Of a DNA stretch of 64,000 nt, positions 36,201 through 51,200 are shown piece by piece. Under the pieces are notes generated by a model, which had not been told where the DNA came from, searched no databases, and saw nothing but the letters and a program-made list of their open reading frames with translations. Position 1 is the stretch's first letter. The number at the start of each line of letters is the position of its first letter. Source of the DNA: Haplodiscus bocki (lineage: Eukaryota); contig OZ296649.1 of NCBI GenBank assembly GCA_965655095.1, forward strand, positions 79,236,001-79,300,000. Direction: 5' to 3'. A program made the position numbers and the translations under genes.

Positions 36201-39200
36201 ATGCGCCAACTTATTCTATCAACATCTTGTTGTTTATTCGTTTCATCCATCTCCTGGTTGTAATTCCATGCTTGCAATCATTTATCACTTTCACTTTGAA
36301 CATTGTTCACCTCTTTTTTCACCATTACCATCTCCGCCGTCGCTTTTAATATGCAATCGGATTTTTGTGCTAATCGCAATTTTCATCATTTTCTGGAGTG
36401 CTTCCAATTGTTTGGCCCTATTGATGAAATTGAATAAATGCTGATACCTTTTGTTATGGTTACCCTGCCCCGTGGTCCACCTGAAGTAAAAACCAGCTGA
36501 TTTGCTTTCAACTCTCTGCGGGGTACTTCATCCAGCACTCCAGACTCCACTTAACGTTTGCAATCGGTTTACTACCACTACTAACTATTTCTACTTCTGC
36601 TAACTAGAATTGCTACTACTTCTACCTCCTACCTAACTAACTAACTGACCATCACATCAGCTCCACTCTTCTTTCACACTGTTTCCCATTTAAACTCACT
36701 TCCCCTTGTCCCTTCAACTGGATTCGACTCTCCTATCCATCTATCTATCTCTATTCTTTGCCTTCTATAGTCGGCAGTGGCGGCGGATTTGGCAACATTG
36801 GTTGAAGCAGCAGCTTTTCTTTAAAATCTATTCCTTTTCCCTCTTAACTTTATCCCTTCACAGTATTGCGCAATCAATCGATTCCCGCACTAACTTACCC
36901 CCTACCCTTACTCAACCCCTCGCTTGCCTTCACTCGTTTTACTCCAGTTGCAACATGCATCACCATTAGTGACAGCATTAATCGTCTAGTATTACCCAAT
37001 CCACAGGCTGCCTGGCCTCTATGTTGACTCCACAACTAAAGTGCATTCTGAAGCCCAGACATGATTAATAGTTATACTTATAACTTCTAAGCTAAGGCAT
37101 AACTATGCGTGTAGTCTGATGCGGCCGTGTCAGCCAAACAATTTTCTTACAGGTGTAAATTACCAAGTAGAAGGAACCAACCGCCGGCTCAATTCCAGAC
37201 AAACTGTCGTCTACTCGCTGCTTTTGATACCCCAAATTTCAAATCATTGCAAAATAAGCAACCATTACCCCAACATGATTTGCCATCACAGGCATATAAT
37301 TAATTAATTGCTTCAATTGCTGACTTAATCGATCACATCAACTCATTTCAAATCAATATTACGAGCCATCAGTTTGTTGGCTTAAAAGTGATTCAGTAAA
37401 GATACCAGCATTTCATTATTCTTTTCAAACATACTAACTTCCTGTGGAATTTAAAGCTTACTTAATACTGCGAAGAGTTTTCAGCAAATCACAAATCGCC
37501 ATTTATTTTGATATTAAAACAGACTTCATTTGGTTATTCCGGTCACTTCATATCACTCAGCTAAATCCACACCGAGCCTAAATTTAATATCCGCTGAAAA
37601 TCACAGTCCCCTAATGTCAAGGTTACTGTGAACACTTTCGTTTTGTGCTAATTTTTTTGCTTGTCGTGCCAGCCCTTGTCAGTGTGTGACGCCAAATTCT
37701 ATCTGATAACTCACTTTTATCTTTTTCACAACATCTGATAACAAAAAGTGTGTAGCACTTCTACATTTTCACCCCCTGTTAAGTTTCCGGTTTATCAAAA
37801 CTCGTGAAATGAAGCATAATTGAAAACCTTCTCTCATAAATGTAATAAATACGTACTGTAAGTTATCAATGTTTCTGTGCTGAAGAGAAGAAATTGCATA
37901 AAACAAAAGCTTTCATTTATTTACCACCGGTTTTACAGAACAATCGTGACAACAATTCAATCAGTTGTCGTCAGTCAATCTGACATATTTGGTTATAGAG
38001 GCTGTGCAAGTTTTATCAAGGCCTAAAGAAACCGATCCAGTTCATTTCTTGTTGTCACACAATTACGCTAACCAATTTTCAATCCCCGGTTTTGCTGTCA
38101 ATCAATTTGTAGCAGGAAAAAATTGACATATTTTCCATTATCAGCTAAAAGAAGTGGTTAATTTTATGCATTGGCAATCATTTGCATTTCAATTTTACAT
38201 CCCCTAGTACTAAAAGTGACTCCCCCAGCCGCTACTTTGCTTACTTTCTACTTGTTTATCCAACGTGGGGGCGGTACTTGTGATTGTGGAAAGACTGTTT
38301 TCCTGATAAATTGCTTATCCATTCTTTTCATTATATAATAACGGCTCACAGTGTGTAGCTACAGGTTCAACAATGAGGAATTTGAGACTCGCGAATGATA
38401 TTAATCCCGTAACTGTCACTTTTATCTTTCCCAAGGAATCACTTTGAATGCCTTCTTGAATTTCTATCCCATATCGAGCATAAATGCCGGAAGAAGCTGT
38501 CGTCGTTACTTCTGCTTAGCCACAGGCTACGACTATAGCTAACAAATCACTTTGCCAGACTTCGTGGATTTTCTGAGGATCCGATTCCATCGCCGAAAAC
38601 AAGTTTATTTTGATACGCACACCATTTTATTTACTTGTTTAATATCCCCTTTGTTTTCAACTAAGTGAACCATGTCAGGAGCAGTGAAACGTAACAACTC
38701 TTGTTTATTCCCAATTACGGAGTTTGATCATCACCCCTTCCACCCCTCGCAAACGTCCTTCTCATTAGCTAATTACTCTAATTTAAGTTATAGTTATTTC
38801 ACTAATAATAACAATATTAATTATCCCAATTATCGCTTTTTCAATGATCATAATCGTCATCATTCCTCGTCGGCCATGATTCTTAACGCGGGTTTTTTGC
38901 ACCACAGCAGTCGGTATGCGCAGAATGGGGCTCCTCAGTACCGACCCAACTCAGTGCACGACTACCAGCCTCTGGCGCCTTTCCAAGAGAACCCCCATCT
39001 ACCTCCAATATCAACCATGGGCACCGCCCCGGGACAGAACTCCAAGTCAGTGTACGACGCCCACGATGACGAGAATTACTGCATTAATTGGAAATGTATC
39101 ATTACTTTGTGCTGCATTCTGGCGCTACTAATCATTGGACTCGTTTTTCTGCTAAGTTAGTAATACTTACAATTATCGCTTATTCAAAAATTCTTTTAAA

Positions 39201-42200
39201 TACTTCTGGTTTTCTGGAAAAACACCGCAGCTTCATTTTGTACCAAAAAAGCTAGGCAGAGAAATGAATATGTTTTCGGAGATAACAAAAAGAGCTTTTT
39301 TCTGATAAAATGCAAGAAGCTGATATTGACTGTTTGTTGCTACTCATCAAAAATGGTAAAAACACACAAATTGGCAAATCATCTCATAATATTTGAACAA
39401 AAAACGCCTGGAAAAAATGTAAATTGTCTTTTCCCTCCTATTACATAGCTTTTTAAGCTAATTTAGGAAGTCAGTGGTAGGTCAGGTCAGTCTACGTTTG
39501 TCAAATTAAATTTATTTTATCTACAGTTTGAATTTTTCAACTGATGATACTGAATTTTCAATAAAAAAAAAGAAATGAAATTAAGTTTAAGTTGATAATT
39601 TTTTGCAGAAAGTCAACAAAATTAACTTTGAGAAGGAAATCATGGTGCATCAATTTTTAACGTTATTATTGAAAATTTTTACGGAGTTATTAGAAAACAC
39701 CTCCATAGTGACGAAGGTTATTAGAATCAAGCCGAGAACGGCCAACTCGACGGCGCCCGTAAGACTCAAAATACTCATACGATGGAGTTGATTTTCCTGT
39801 GTGAAAATTTTTGGATTATCGAACAAAATTTGTCAAATGCAGTATTAAGACTTATCTTCCAGTTTTTCGGTGCAAAATATTTTCGCTGAAGGGATTTTCG
39901 GAACCTTCTACACTACCTGGGAAGACAAACAGTTGAAAAAAATTGGTATTTGCTTTTCGGAGTTTTTGGTTTTGGCGAAGGGAGTAGGGGGTATCGCGAA
40001 AACTTTTGGCAGGTATATCATCAAAAACTTTTGAGCATTCAGGAGGGCGTTATGTCAACACGCAATCAGTGTTTTTAAAAATTTTTTACGTATTTGCGAA
40101 ATGTGGGTATTGGCGGTTTGAAAAAATTGTGTTCGCCCAAGAAAATTTTTGGAGCTTGCGTTTCGATAAATGTTGGCATATGCAAAGGGGGTATCATTTT
40201 TTTCGATTTTTTTTGTCTCAAAATGCCGAAAAACATCGTAGGGGGAACCTTTGATGTTCAGAAAACTTTTGGCTCTTTGGAAATATCTATCGTAATTTTG
40301 TTAGGAAACTTTTCAGAGCGTGGAATTTTTTTTGAAGGTACTCTGTAATGTCATTAAATCCGCGTGAATCTCAGTCTCAAAAAAATTGGACAAGCAAAAA
40401 AGTACATTTAGGGGGGGGGGGGCATCATGGAAGATTTTAAAAACTTTTTAAAAAAATTTTAAAAAAAATAATTTTGGTGGTGGAAAATGGAAAGTATAAA
40501 GAATAAGGAGAAAACAGTAGGGTATCACTTTTGGAATTTGTTTGCTCGAAATTTTCTGGATTTAAAAAGGTGGTATCACGAATGGTTTTCGTTTTCTTCT
40601 GATTCGAAAAAAAATGAAAAGTGAAAAAAAAACACTTTGGTATCTGCTTTATTCAAAATTTTCTGGATCTGCTTTCCACAATTTTCCGGCTCTCTGGTGT
40701 TTTTTTTGTTTGGGAAGGTCTTTGCTACATTCTAGACTTTGTAGTGCTTTAAAAAAATTGAGCTCCTATGCATAAATTGGCCAATTTTAGACATCAATAT
40801 CTCTGAAACAATTCGAAATGGTTAATTTTGGTAGAAAAAAGCTTCTTAGATTTTTATCTAGTTTACAATCGTTTTTGTTTCAAAATTTTGCGACCAATAC
40901 ACCAAAAGTTGGAAATTATCATCTTTGGGATAATTTTAAATAAATTTGATGCATTTTTCATATATAGAGACCTCAATGAAAACTTTTTTGGACACATTTT
41001 CGTAATTATTGCCCTAATTATCTTTAAACCATTGATATAAATAATTAATTTTCAAAAACAATTTCGAATTGCTCATAAAATCGCTGTTTAAACAATGAAC
41101 TTTGAAGTTACATGTTTTGAGATAGGTTTGAAAAATTGTTTTTCTTTGAAGTTTTGCGATATCTATTTTAATTCAAAATATTTCAATCAAAATTTATCAC
41201 AGGATTCAAGAAATTCTGGGGAATTTTTGTGGTACATAATTTTTCTAAAGTTTTTTCTAACTTGGTCGCACCTCAAAAAAAACGTCAGAAACTGCCGAAA
41301 CTGGCAAATGTTAACCAATGAGATTGCGAATTGAGAGAAAATAACGAGACCCTTTTGGCTAAATGGTTTCAATGTATGTTCTTAAGCTCCCTTCTTTTGA
41401 AACATTACTGGTAGTATATTATATTATATGTTGTATCGGTTCGTAAAGACGTCTTGTACAGAGTGAACCCTGTCGTCTTTAAAAAAAACAAAGCACTACT
41501 ATAGTCGGCCTTTTTAGTGGTAACTAAAGCGCCAAAAGTGTCCAATGGCCATTAAAACTTCCAGAATCAAAACTGGAACTGCTTTTGATCTGAAAATGAC
41601 CAAAATTTTTCGGCGTAGGCTTATCGCTTCAAGTCTCAATGTTTCTAAACTGTGTTTCAGCAATCAAATTCTTCTATGTGGACAACTCCATGTACTCCGT
41701 ATCACGCAGTAATGACCACAGTAAGTTCTATTTCATACAAATTGCATCCATTTTTCCAGGCTTGTTGATTTGATGTGGGTTTTTACCCCAAAATGCTTCT
41801 TCTTAGGACAAGAAAACAAGATTTTTGAAAGAATTCGTTTGAATTAAATTCGGTTGAAAGCTTCTGTACCTAACAATAGCAAATCAGGAAATGAATTTGA
41901 ATTCGTCTTCCAGACATAGTGAACGAGAGAGTGCGCGAATTTATTATTCTTTGAATTTATTTTGAAAACTCGCAATATCCGTTTTGGGTAAACAAATCTC
42001 TTCTCTGAAATTCAACTACCCGCGCCTAATGATCAAATACCTCGATAACATGCGAACATGCGCTACATTCATAAAAGTTTGCCTCTTGTTTTAGCATATG
42101 AATTTTAAAGTGCACTGCATTGCGTTTTTGTTGATCTTTTTTTCAGGCGTCATTTTATTGAACGAATACAAAGACAAGCAATTAGAAGTATCTGTAGCCC

Positions 42201-45200
42201 CTAGATCATCGAGAATGTTGAGCGTGTACTCGATGGGATCAATTCTATTAACCCTTCACATCAAAACATCATCATCTAGACTGATAGTTTACGGCCTGGA
42301 AGGCGCTGAGCCACACGCCACTAACTTCACTTTCATCCATGAGCTGAGTGCTCTGACTCCTCAGTTCGACAGCAGCAACAGAGTCCTCTACACCAGCTCC
42401 TTCGCCAGTGAAGACATGAAAACGGTGCATCAATACCTGAGCAATGGCAAGTGGTACATCAGAGTGTTCAACGATGGATCCGGGTACGAGATGTTGGAAA
42501 TTCTGACCAAATGGGAGGAAGGAATATCTGCAGTTTGCCCTGCTGATTGCAACAGTCCCCAGGGAGAGTGCAATGCAATTGGATACTGTGTGTGTAAACA
42601 GCAGTTCAAAGGAGCATATTGTGACAGACCATCTCTTAAATGTGGTCCTCACGGCAGATTAGTTAGAAATGGAAATCTTCTAACTGGAGTTACCCAACAG
42701 GCGTGCAAATGCGACCCCGGGTGGACCGGAAGCCTTTGTGATCAAAGTGAAACAGGCTGTTATCCGCCTGACTGTTCTGGCAATGGACAATGTGTGTTTG
42801 GAACATGCCACTGCAACCCAGGGTTTGTTGGCCATACCTGCAACCACAGTAAGTTCTCCGAAATACTAATTTCCTGTGTAAATTTGCTCAAATCACGCTT
42901 TGCAGAAAAAGATAATCTCAAATAATCAAAGAAGAAAAGGAAGGCATGTGATCGCAAATTAGATCGCATGTGATGATATTTAGTTTTTTAAACACATTCG
43001 ATACTAATATTTGCTCCCTGAAATTTCGACTGGGAGAATAATTTGAGCTTTGTTGGTTCCCTTATTTGTTTTTTGAGCTCTCAGATGGAGAGCGATGATC
43101 AAAAGTAGATTTTTAAAGTAAATGCAGGAATTTAATTTTAATTTTTTTCAGCTATGTGCTCCAAACGTTGCAATGATAATGGCGTGTGTCTCAACAACAA
43201 TTGCGTATGCGCCTTGGGGTTCTATGGAGAAAACTGCCAATCGAAGAAGAACCCGGATTGTGACTCAACCTGTGAGAATGGTGATTGCATATATGGACAC
43301 TGTCAGTGTCGAAAGGGTTTCAGAGGGTCTACGTGTCGCCAAAAAGTCTGTGAAAATGACTGTTCGGGTAATGGAATCTGTGCAGCCAATGAAAATGCTC
43401 AGTGGTCATGTAGGTGTAATATGGGCTGGACCGGATCCAAATGTGAAGCAAAGATGCAGCCCGAGTGCCCGGATATTTGCAAAACCAACCCGGCATGCTG
43501 CAAAGCCGATGGATCATGTCTGCCTCCTGCAAGACGACCTCAAATGTGCCAGGTCACTTCCTTGTCAGCTGATAAGATTTACAGCAATAAAGACATCCAA
43601 GACTCTTTCAACCACCGAACAACCTTCCTTGAAAAAACTTCGTTCCTCTTCCGAGAACAAACTGGGCAAAGAACATTGCCTTTTGACCTGAAAGACAAGA
43701 AGTATGTTTTTGTGGTCAGAGGTCAAATTGTTTACGGGTCATTGAGACAACCTTATTTGGGTGCTTTGATTTATGCCAACAACCATGAAAACTTAGGACA
43801 TACTAATACACAGCACAGTGGCTGGTTTGATTTCCTAGTCGCAACTGACGAGCAGCAGTTTACTTTATTGGTCAATTATACTGGCATGCCCTCTGGCTTG
43901 CCCGAATGGAAGGTAATTCAATTGAATTCAAAAAAGAACGATTTTGTCACTCTTGTCTTTCCCATTGTGATTGATGACATTTCATCTGAAAGATGTCCCA
44001 ACTCTTTGTCCAAACTGCCGGTCTTCTCAACCTCTATGCCCTACTTTTTGCAGTCTTCTAGAATGCTATCCAAATTTGACCATGGTGCAGTAGTTGCTGA
44101 AAATGTAAGTATTCATTACCTTCATTGACTCAATGCCAAAAAAGTCCCCCAAAAGTCCCAAAAAGTTTTTGTCCCCCTTTTCCTGAGAAACATCACGTTA
44201 ACACTTTTCTTTCCTAGAATTTGTCAAAAAATGTTCTTCAGCTTCGTCAGCTTTGACTTTGTTTTTGTACACTGTTGCTAATCGGTTTTCTTATTGCAAT
44301 TACAAATTAGCATACTGTCTGTTTTCCAATACAGTCAAATTAACTTGCCGTTTTTCAAGTGAATGAAAGAAACGAAATCGTGAAGTAAGAGGGTATCCAT
44401 TGTTCATGAATTGCGTGGCACGATTGAAATTTAATTAATATTTGTTTCAGTACCTAACCAAAAGCTTCAGCCCCGATGTTCAGTTCCCAAAAATGGTGTT
44501 CAACAGCCATATGCAGGGCTCGAAGAAACTTACAATTTATCTGGGAAACTTCAAAGAGCAACCGGAAGTTGAACAAATATACGTCACTGTTACTGTTGCC
44601 GGCTTAGTTTTCACTGAGGTTTTCGACAACAACCTGGACGAACTTTACTGGGAAATCTACTGGAATAAAACTGACGTGTACGGCAACAAAGTCTATGGAC
44701 TGGCAGAAGTGGAAGCTTCCATTGATTACAAAGTATCCGGGTGTTCCAGCAGATATTGGGCAAATTCGGTCAAAACACAAATCGAATCTCTTTCTTGTCA
44801 CGAATCGATCACTTACGAAAACCATTACTGCATAACCCAGACAAATTCTCTTTATTCTGGGAAAGGTCACGCATTTCATTTCAACTTATACCCACCAGTA
44901 CGCCGTCACATGCAATGTCTCACACCACCGAAAGTAATTGAAGCGCTTCCAAATGGAGATATTTTGATAGGCGATAACAACCACATATTCCACGTGTATG
45001 CCAATAAAATTGGAGCTCGGTGCGAGCTGAACAGATCTGTCTTCTCTTTTGGCATAAACGGCTTTTCTGAAGATTTAGAGTACTTCATAGCAGCTGATCC
45101 CTCTTCAGCGTTCTTTTATCTCACCAGATCCGATTCCCCTGTGATCATAAGAGTCAATCTCAAAATTTCTACCCATGAAGTGATCTTGGGCCAGCATTCC

Positions 45201-48200
45201 AAGAAATGCGCGGGAAGGTACTCTCTGTGCTATGACAGCCTAAAATCTCCCAAAGGTAATTTAATGTCTCCAGCAGCTGTTTCTCTATATTTCCCAAAAG
45301 CCATGTTTTTTTTCTCCGAATAAAAAATGCGATTCATTTTTTCAACTTTCATGTAATTTTAATTTTCTCGTTTTCAGGACTAACAGTTCTCAATAATGGA
45401 ACAGTCGTCTTTGTGGATGGTCTCGCTGTGCGATCTTGGACTCCAGGAGATCGGACAGTCCAGACGCTGTGGGCTCCTTCTTCCGATTTCATGTCTCCGT
45501 ACAAAACGTGCGCCGATATCCCTGCTGACCAGGTTTGCACAATAGCTCATCAGTTTCTATATTTACCATATGCAATACTGATGTTATCACTGGAAGAAAG
45601 TTGGAAAAGACGTTGTTGAAAAATCTTTGTTTTGGGTGCCTGTATTTAGTATAGATAAGTGCCTTTCCATATCTTCCCTTGTTTTAACTGAAAATTAGTT
45701 TCCGATCCGGCTTTGTTGCAATGAATTCAAAATGATGAGAGGTACCCTGGAAGTTACTGGAAAATCAATTGTGAGTTGTTTAAAATCTTTTAGGTCATTC
45801 TCCAACAGCTGAAAACTGTGAAGCACAACCCTATGGACGACACCTTGATCCTGTTTGATTACAGCCGATCTGTCGTGAAGCTGAATCTGAGAACTCAGCG
45901 TATGTCATTCTTGGCAACTCGAGCCAAACTGTCTTGCAAGTGGATGAACACTTTGTCTGTGGCTCGTGTCTACTATCCATTCTCGGTCACCGTGGGCTCC
46001 AAAGGAGACATCTTCCTTGCAGACTCCGATCCCCTAAACAAAAGAACCACAGTGTACAGAATATCTACCAACAACCAATGGGAAGTGTTCTGGCAGCAAG
46101 ATCAAATGCAAATTCTTTCGCAAATGACAATCACAGCCAACGATACTCTTCTTATGATCAACGACCAAGAAAAGCGAGTCGACATTTTGGGTCGTTATCA
46201 AATTCTGTCTGCTCAGAACAAAGAGATCACTGATTACGAAAATAATCGCATCATTCGCTTTAATGATCAATGGCTCCACGAGAGCTCAGAAAGTTACGCT
46301 ACATCAACTTTCACCAGGGAAAACTTTTATTACTACCAGGAAAATACGGCTTTGAAGACTTTCATGCAGACTGCTGGGAGTGAGAGACTGTTTTTAGCCG
46401 TCAAACAAGATTTCTGGGAAGTGAAAAGTTACAAACTCACTGGGGACTACTCTGATTGGCAGAATAGTGTTCTCTCTGAAAATTATTTCGACAGTAAGGG
46501 TATGATTACCCGATTTGAGTCGAATGTGATCAACCGATATATTGCCATGCTGGATGATCAGCTGGTAGAAATATTGGTGAACAAGCACCAGAGAGATGAC
46601 TTGCAGAACACATGTGTCATGAAATCCTACCAGAATGGCCAAGAAAGTTTATGTACAGGTAGGTCTGAGTTTCATGCCAACAAACATATTTACGAGCACT
46701 TATAAAACTTTAAATAATTTTTAAAAAAGAACAGTTAGAAGCCGGAGCTTCATCTATATTCTAATGACAGGTTTCGATTTTTTAATATGATTAGTGTATC
46801 AATGTAAGATACAGCTTATGACCTGGTGTTTCAAACGTTTTTGTGAATCGAATTCTTCTGTTAGAAGGTGCAGATTTTGGGGTTTACACTCGATATACAA
46901 AGCTACCTAGTGGAGATGACAGAATCACGTTCGCAGACAAGTCAGGTTTCACGATTTCAAGCACTCTTCCCGGAATGAGCCCAAGCGCGAGTCTAGAGTC
47001 TTCGACCTCTGACCAGAAATACAATCTCAACTACTTGACCAAAGATGAAAAAGTATACGCTCTGCAGCTTTCTTCAAATGACCAGATCCTAATGGAAAAG
47101 TTATTCAGATTCGACAAAAGTTTAATCACCTTTGGACCCGTCAAAGAACCTCTCTCCTCCTTCCAAATTGACTCTTCAAATAGCTTACCTTCGAAGGTTA
47201 CAATCATTTTTAGACAATGTCTACTGTTTTTTAAAGGATGCCAAACCAAAAATCAATAAGATTTGAATCTTGCTTTTTGTGGCAAACATGATCTCCGCAT
47301 CTACATTTGGCCTAAAAGACTTAGTTACACATTTGACTAACTTTTGCTCATTTAACCAAGAATATTAATGTTTGCAGATGGTTTCAAAGACCGGACAGAC
47401 CTTTACACACTCATTCGAGTTCAGCAATGAACGAAGATTGACTTCAATTGAAAGCAGTTTCGGAGAAGATTCGCTGTTTTTCGGCAAATACGATAGAGAC
47501 TCTTTGTTCGTTGATGACACTTTGTACTCATTGGACCCCCGCAAAAGCCAAATTCAGGTAAGTATCTTTTCAACGGCATCATTATTGATAGATTTTCTCG
47601 AGTAATGACCGAGTTTTTGTCAAGAAAGTGCTTAATTCCATGCTGTATTGTAAAATGTAATGTTCATACTCTTGCTTTTGACACTTAAGCTAATATTGCT
47701 TTTGGAACGAATTTGCTAAGTTTGTGTTTTGAATGATTGCTTGAAATTCAAGCTAACTAGAACGGGTCGTACTTCATTTCAATTTCTGGGATGTTTAGGT
47801 TACACTAATGGGCATGAGCAATGACCGACACACAACTCAGTCGCTCTATAACTTGACATACGACGAAAGCAAGTTTGTGCTATCGACCAACTCTGAGGAG
47901 AACAACCAAAGACATACAGTTTTCACTTTCTCCGACAGATTTGGGGAACCGGCCACTTCCGTGTTCCATGTCTTTGCTGAAAGATATGCTTACAAAACCC
48001 AGTTCAATTCTTCCACCAAAGAAATGAAAACTTACGATGGACTGAAACGCGTGACCACTTTGAAATTTGATTACTGCAATCGCTTGTCGAAAATTTTATA
48101 CCGAGACACTGATTTCTCCATATCGTATTCTTTGTTGTTCGCGGAGCCCAATAAATACACAAAATGGGTGTCTTCCAATGTAGTTGCGCAATACTCCAAC

Positions 48201-51200
48201 AGCCTAATGTTTTCTAACTACACTTACAACCGTGCGAGTGGATCTCAGTGGCTGTCTGCTTCCTACTCAAAGATGACAGGCGACTTTGTTATAAAGCTGC
48301 GTCAACAATGGGGTGCTCTGATTAAACTAGAAAGCATGTATTCTCCTTTCACTTTGAAATCCTCTACTCATTCTTCCAAAAACTATGAAACGGCTTTGAC
48401 CTTCACTGATTCTGACGGCCTTGATGTAACTCATGTTTTCAACAAGCTGGAACAAGGTTTCAATGAGAAGTTCGGCCCTAATCGTTTTCAAGAAACGACC
48501 TTTTACTTCCATGGTCGACAGGTTTTGCAACTGAAAACATCTGATGATTCCGAAGATAGCACTTTTACATTCAGTGTTCGCTCAAACGATCAAGAAACGA
48601 AGACGTATTCGTATGCTGTTGGGCTCAAATCTGTGGAACATTGTGGAAAAGTTGTACAAGATCCAGTCAGTGAACAGCTTTTCCTCCGTAAGATGTGTCG
48701 TGCTTACCAGATAGTCCACCGAAGTAAAAACAGTTATTCGATTGAAAAGAAGTTCTCCATAGACGGAAGACTGGATGCAATAGTCAAGAGATCTGGAAGT
48801 AAGGAAATCCAGGTATTGCTCAAGTTCGATGACAATGGATTCATTTCTCAACTCGGAGACAAGACATTCAACTATAACCCTCTCGGCCAATTGATTGAAG
48901 CTAAGACAAAAGATTATGTCGCTGAATATGTGTATGATATCCAAGGCCGTCTAACAGAACGTCACTTATCGTCAAACGCTGGATCCGAAACTACGGACCA
49001 TGCCTTTTTCTACCTGGACAGCAGTCATCCCTCTCGAATATCCCAGATTTTGGTCGGCAGCAAAGACGAAGACCCAAAAGTTTTTCAAATTTATTATGAT
49101 TTCACCGGCAAAGCAATTGTGGTGAAACATAAAGAGAGAACGTACCTCATAGCGAACACTCCGGTTGGCACTGCCAAGAGTTTATACTTGTTAGATAAAG
49201 TGGACCAAAAAGTGACTGAAGCTGGCTTCCCAGAAGGTGTGAAGTTGAGTCTCAAAGGAAGTTGGCTGGATGAAACATTCGGATTGGTTTATCTCAATCA
49301 TCGGTTCTTCCACCTTGAAACGTACACATACCTAGATTTAGATCTGGGCTTCCTCCAACAAGCTTTCTCCTCACCCTTCCAAACTAAGTTCACTACATAC
49401 CTCAATGACCACGATTCTTTCTGGCCCGAAACTAAATTCTCTGAAATCGGTAAGATATTTTTGAGTCAAGTTTTTTCCTCCTATTCAGTTTTACCTGCAG
49501 ATAATTTTTTCGTAATTTATCAAAATGAAAAGTAAATGAAATTGTTCATAACTACGATTAAATTTTTCGGCATTTTTGGCCATTTTGTAAGATTTCCATG
49601 TTCATTCAACGTATTGACTTTGTTATTTTCCGCGTCCATATTTTATATATGGAAAGGAAAATTATTCAATGGCTAGTGGAGTTTTTTTCAAACTCAATTT
49701 GCCAATTTAAAATTTATTCACTTCCTCTGACAACTTGTTACACGCCCTCTGCGTTGCTTGAATTGGTTGGAGCGTACTAGTTTCTTGAAAATCTGTAAGA
49801 CAAGGTTGCAATTGACCATATCCAAATTTTTCGACGACCGAAAATTTTTCGCCGAGAAGTTATTAGTCTTTCTTTTTCTTGTCAAACCTGGTTTTTTTTC
49901 AGAAAAAAATTGTAGAAATTGAAATGTTTGGAACGCATTTTTTCGCTCGAATTACTGTTTTTTAGCGTTTCTTCCTGAATTTGGAAGGCGGAAAATGTCC
50001 CGGAGTTAGCCGGGCGTATTGTTGTTAATTGAAAGAATTCGCCACCGAAGAGTAACCAAAAGAGAACCTGCCGGCAATATGTAGGGCGCCATTTAGTGTT
50101 CCAAAAGTGGAATCAAGATTTTATCAACTTTCTGAAGGGAAGCAGGTGCGATAGGTGGAAGTATCTGAGGCGTGTTTGCAATAAACTATTTATACAGTTG
50201 ATATTGTTCATGTAATATTCATTCGTGCCTCAAGATGTTTTCAACAAATTTTGGCGTTGTAGACAGGCACAAATGAAGCTCTTTGGCATGACTTGCTTTC
50301 ATCAAAAAAGGAACAGAGACCTTGGAGCACTTGCTCTCAGTGTCAGAAAAGCCCATAGTGTGAAATACTTTCTGCTCATACATGAATTTTAATTCCTGGT
50401 ATGCTCAGAAATATCATTTCATTAAACTGTGTAGCCTCTAGCCGCAAGACTGTCCTTTGTTTTACATTTTTGAAAGAACTTTCGGGTGCTTTTCAGGAGC
50501 TTTCAAGACGTACATGCCCGAACTGTGGTTCAACAGTTCTATCCAGAGAATTGTGCAGGAAAGTGAACGACTTAAATCGAAGGTAAATGAATTTTGATAG
50601 CTATAAAACATCCTGCCAGATTCTGTCTTAACTTAATCCTAACACATATTTTGTGGGTAGACGTCAATGCCGGCGTAATAACATTTGTTGCTTCACACTC
50701 GTTTACAACGTGAGGTTGCATCAAAAGATAGTCTTTGATCTCTCTTAATCCGGGTATTTTCAAAGCAGCTACACAACCGACATTTATAGCCAACTGCTGG
50801 AGCCACCCATGCCGACTTCTACATGTAAAGCTAGATCCGTAAAACATAAAAGTAGCAAGAAATATAGAATGTGCGTTTGAACAGCAATGTTTTGAAAATG
50901 ATGAGAATATCGCAGCCACTTACTTTGGATTTTCATTCTTGACCAGTAGAGGAGGGAATAAACAAGTTGCAAAGTGAAGTGTTGTCTCCACACATGAAAT
51001 AAAAAATTTAGCGCGCTTCGAACATGTTTGGCCTTTGAAAAGGTTTGTGTCAAAAAAACATTGAAAATTAGTGTTGCGAAATATTTATTAATAGAAGGAA
51101 AGAAAATACATTTCTTGACATTTTTTGAGAAAATTGTTTTCATGACATCATCAAAAGCTTTCATCAATGAATTCCGTGGGCAAAAATTTGGATATTTTTT

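Noticed and set aside
43122-43691. Overlapping 189-aa ORF
   Set aside because: An alternate-frame artefact of the Cys/Gly-rich EGF exon.
47808-49535. Bacterial RHS/YD toxin or horizontal transfer
   Set aside because: It is an exon bounded by phase-compatible GT-AG introns in an EGF-NHL-YD teneurin.
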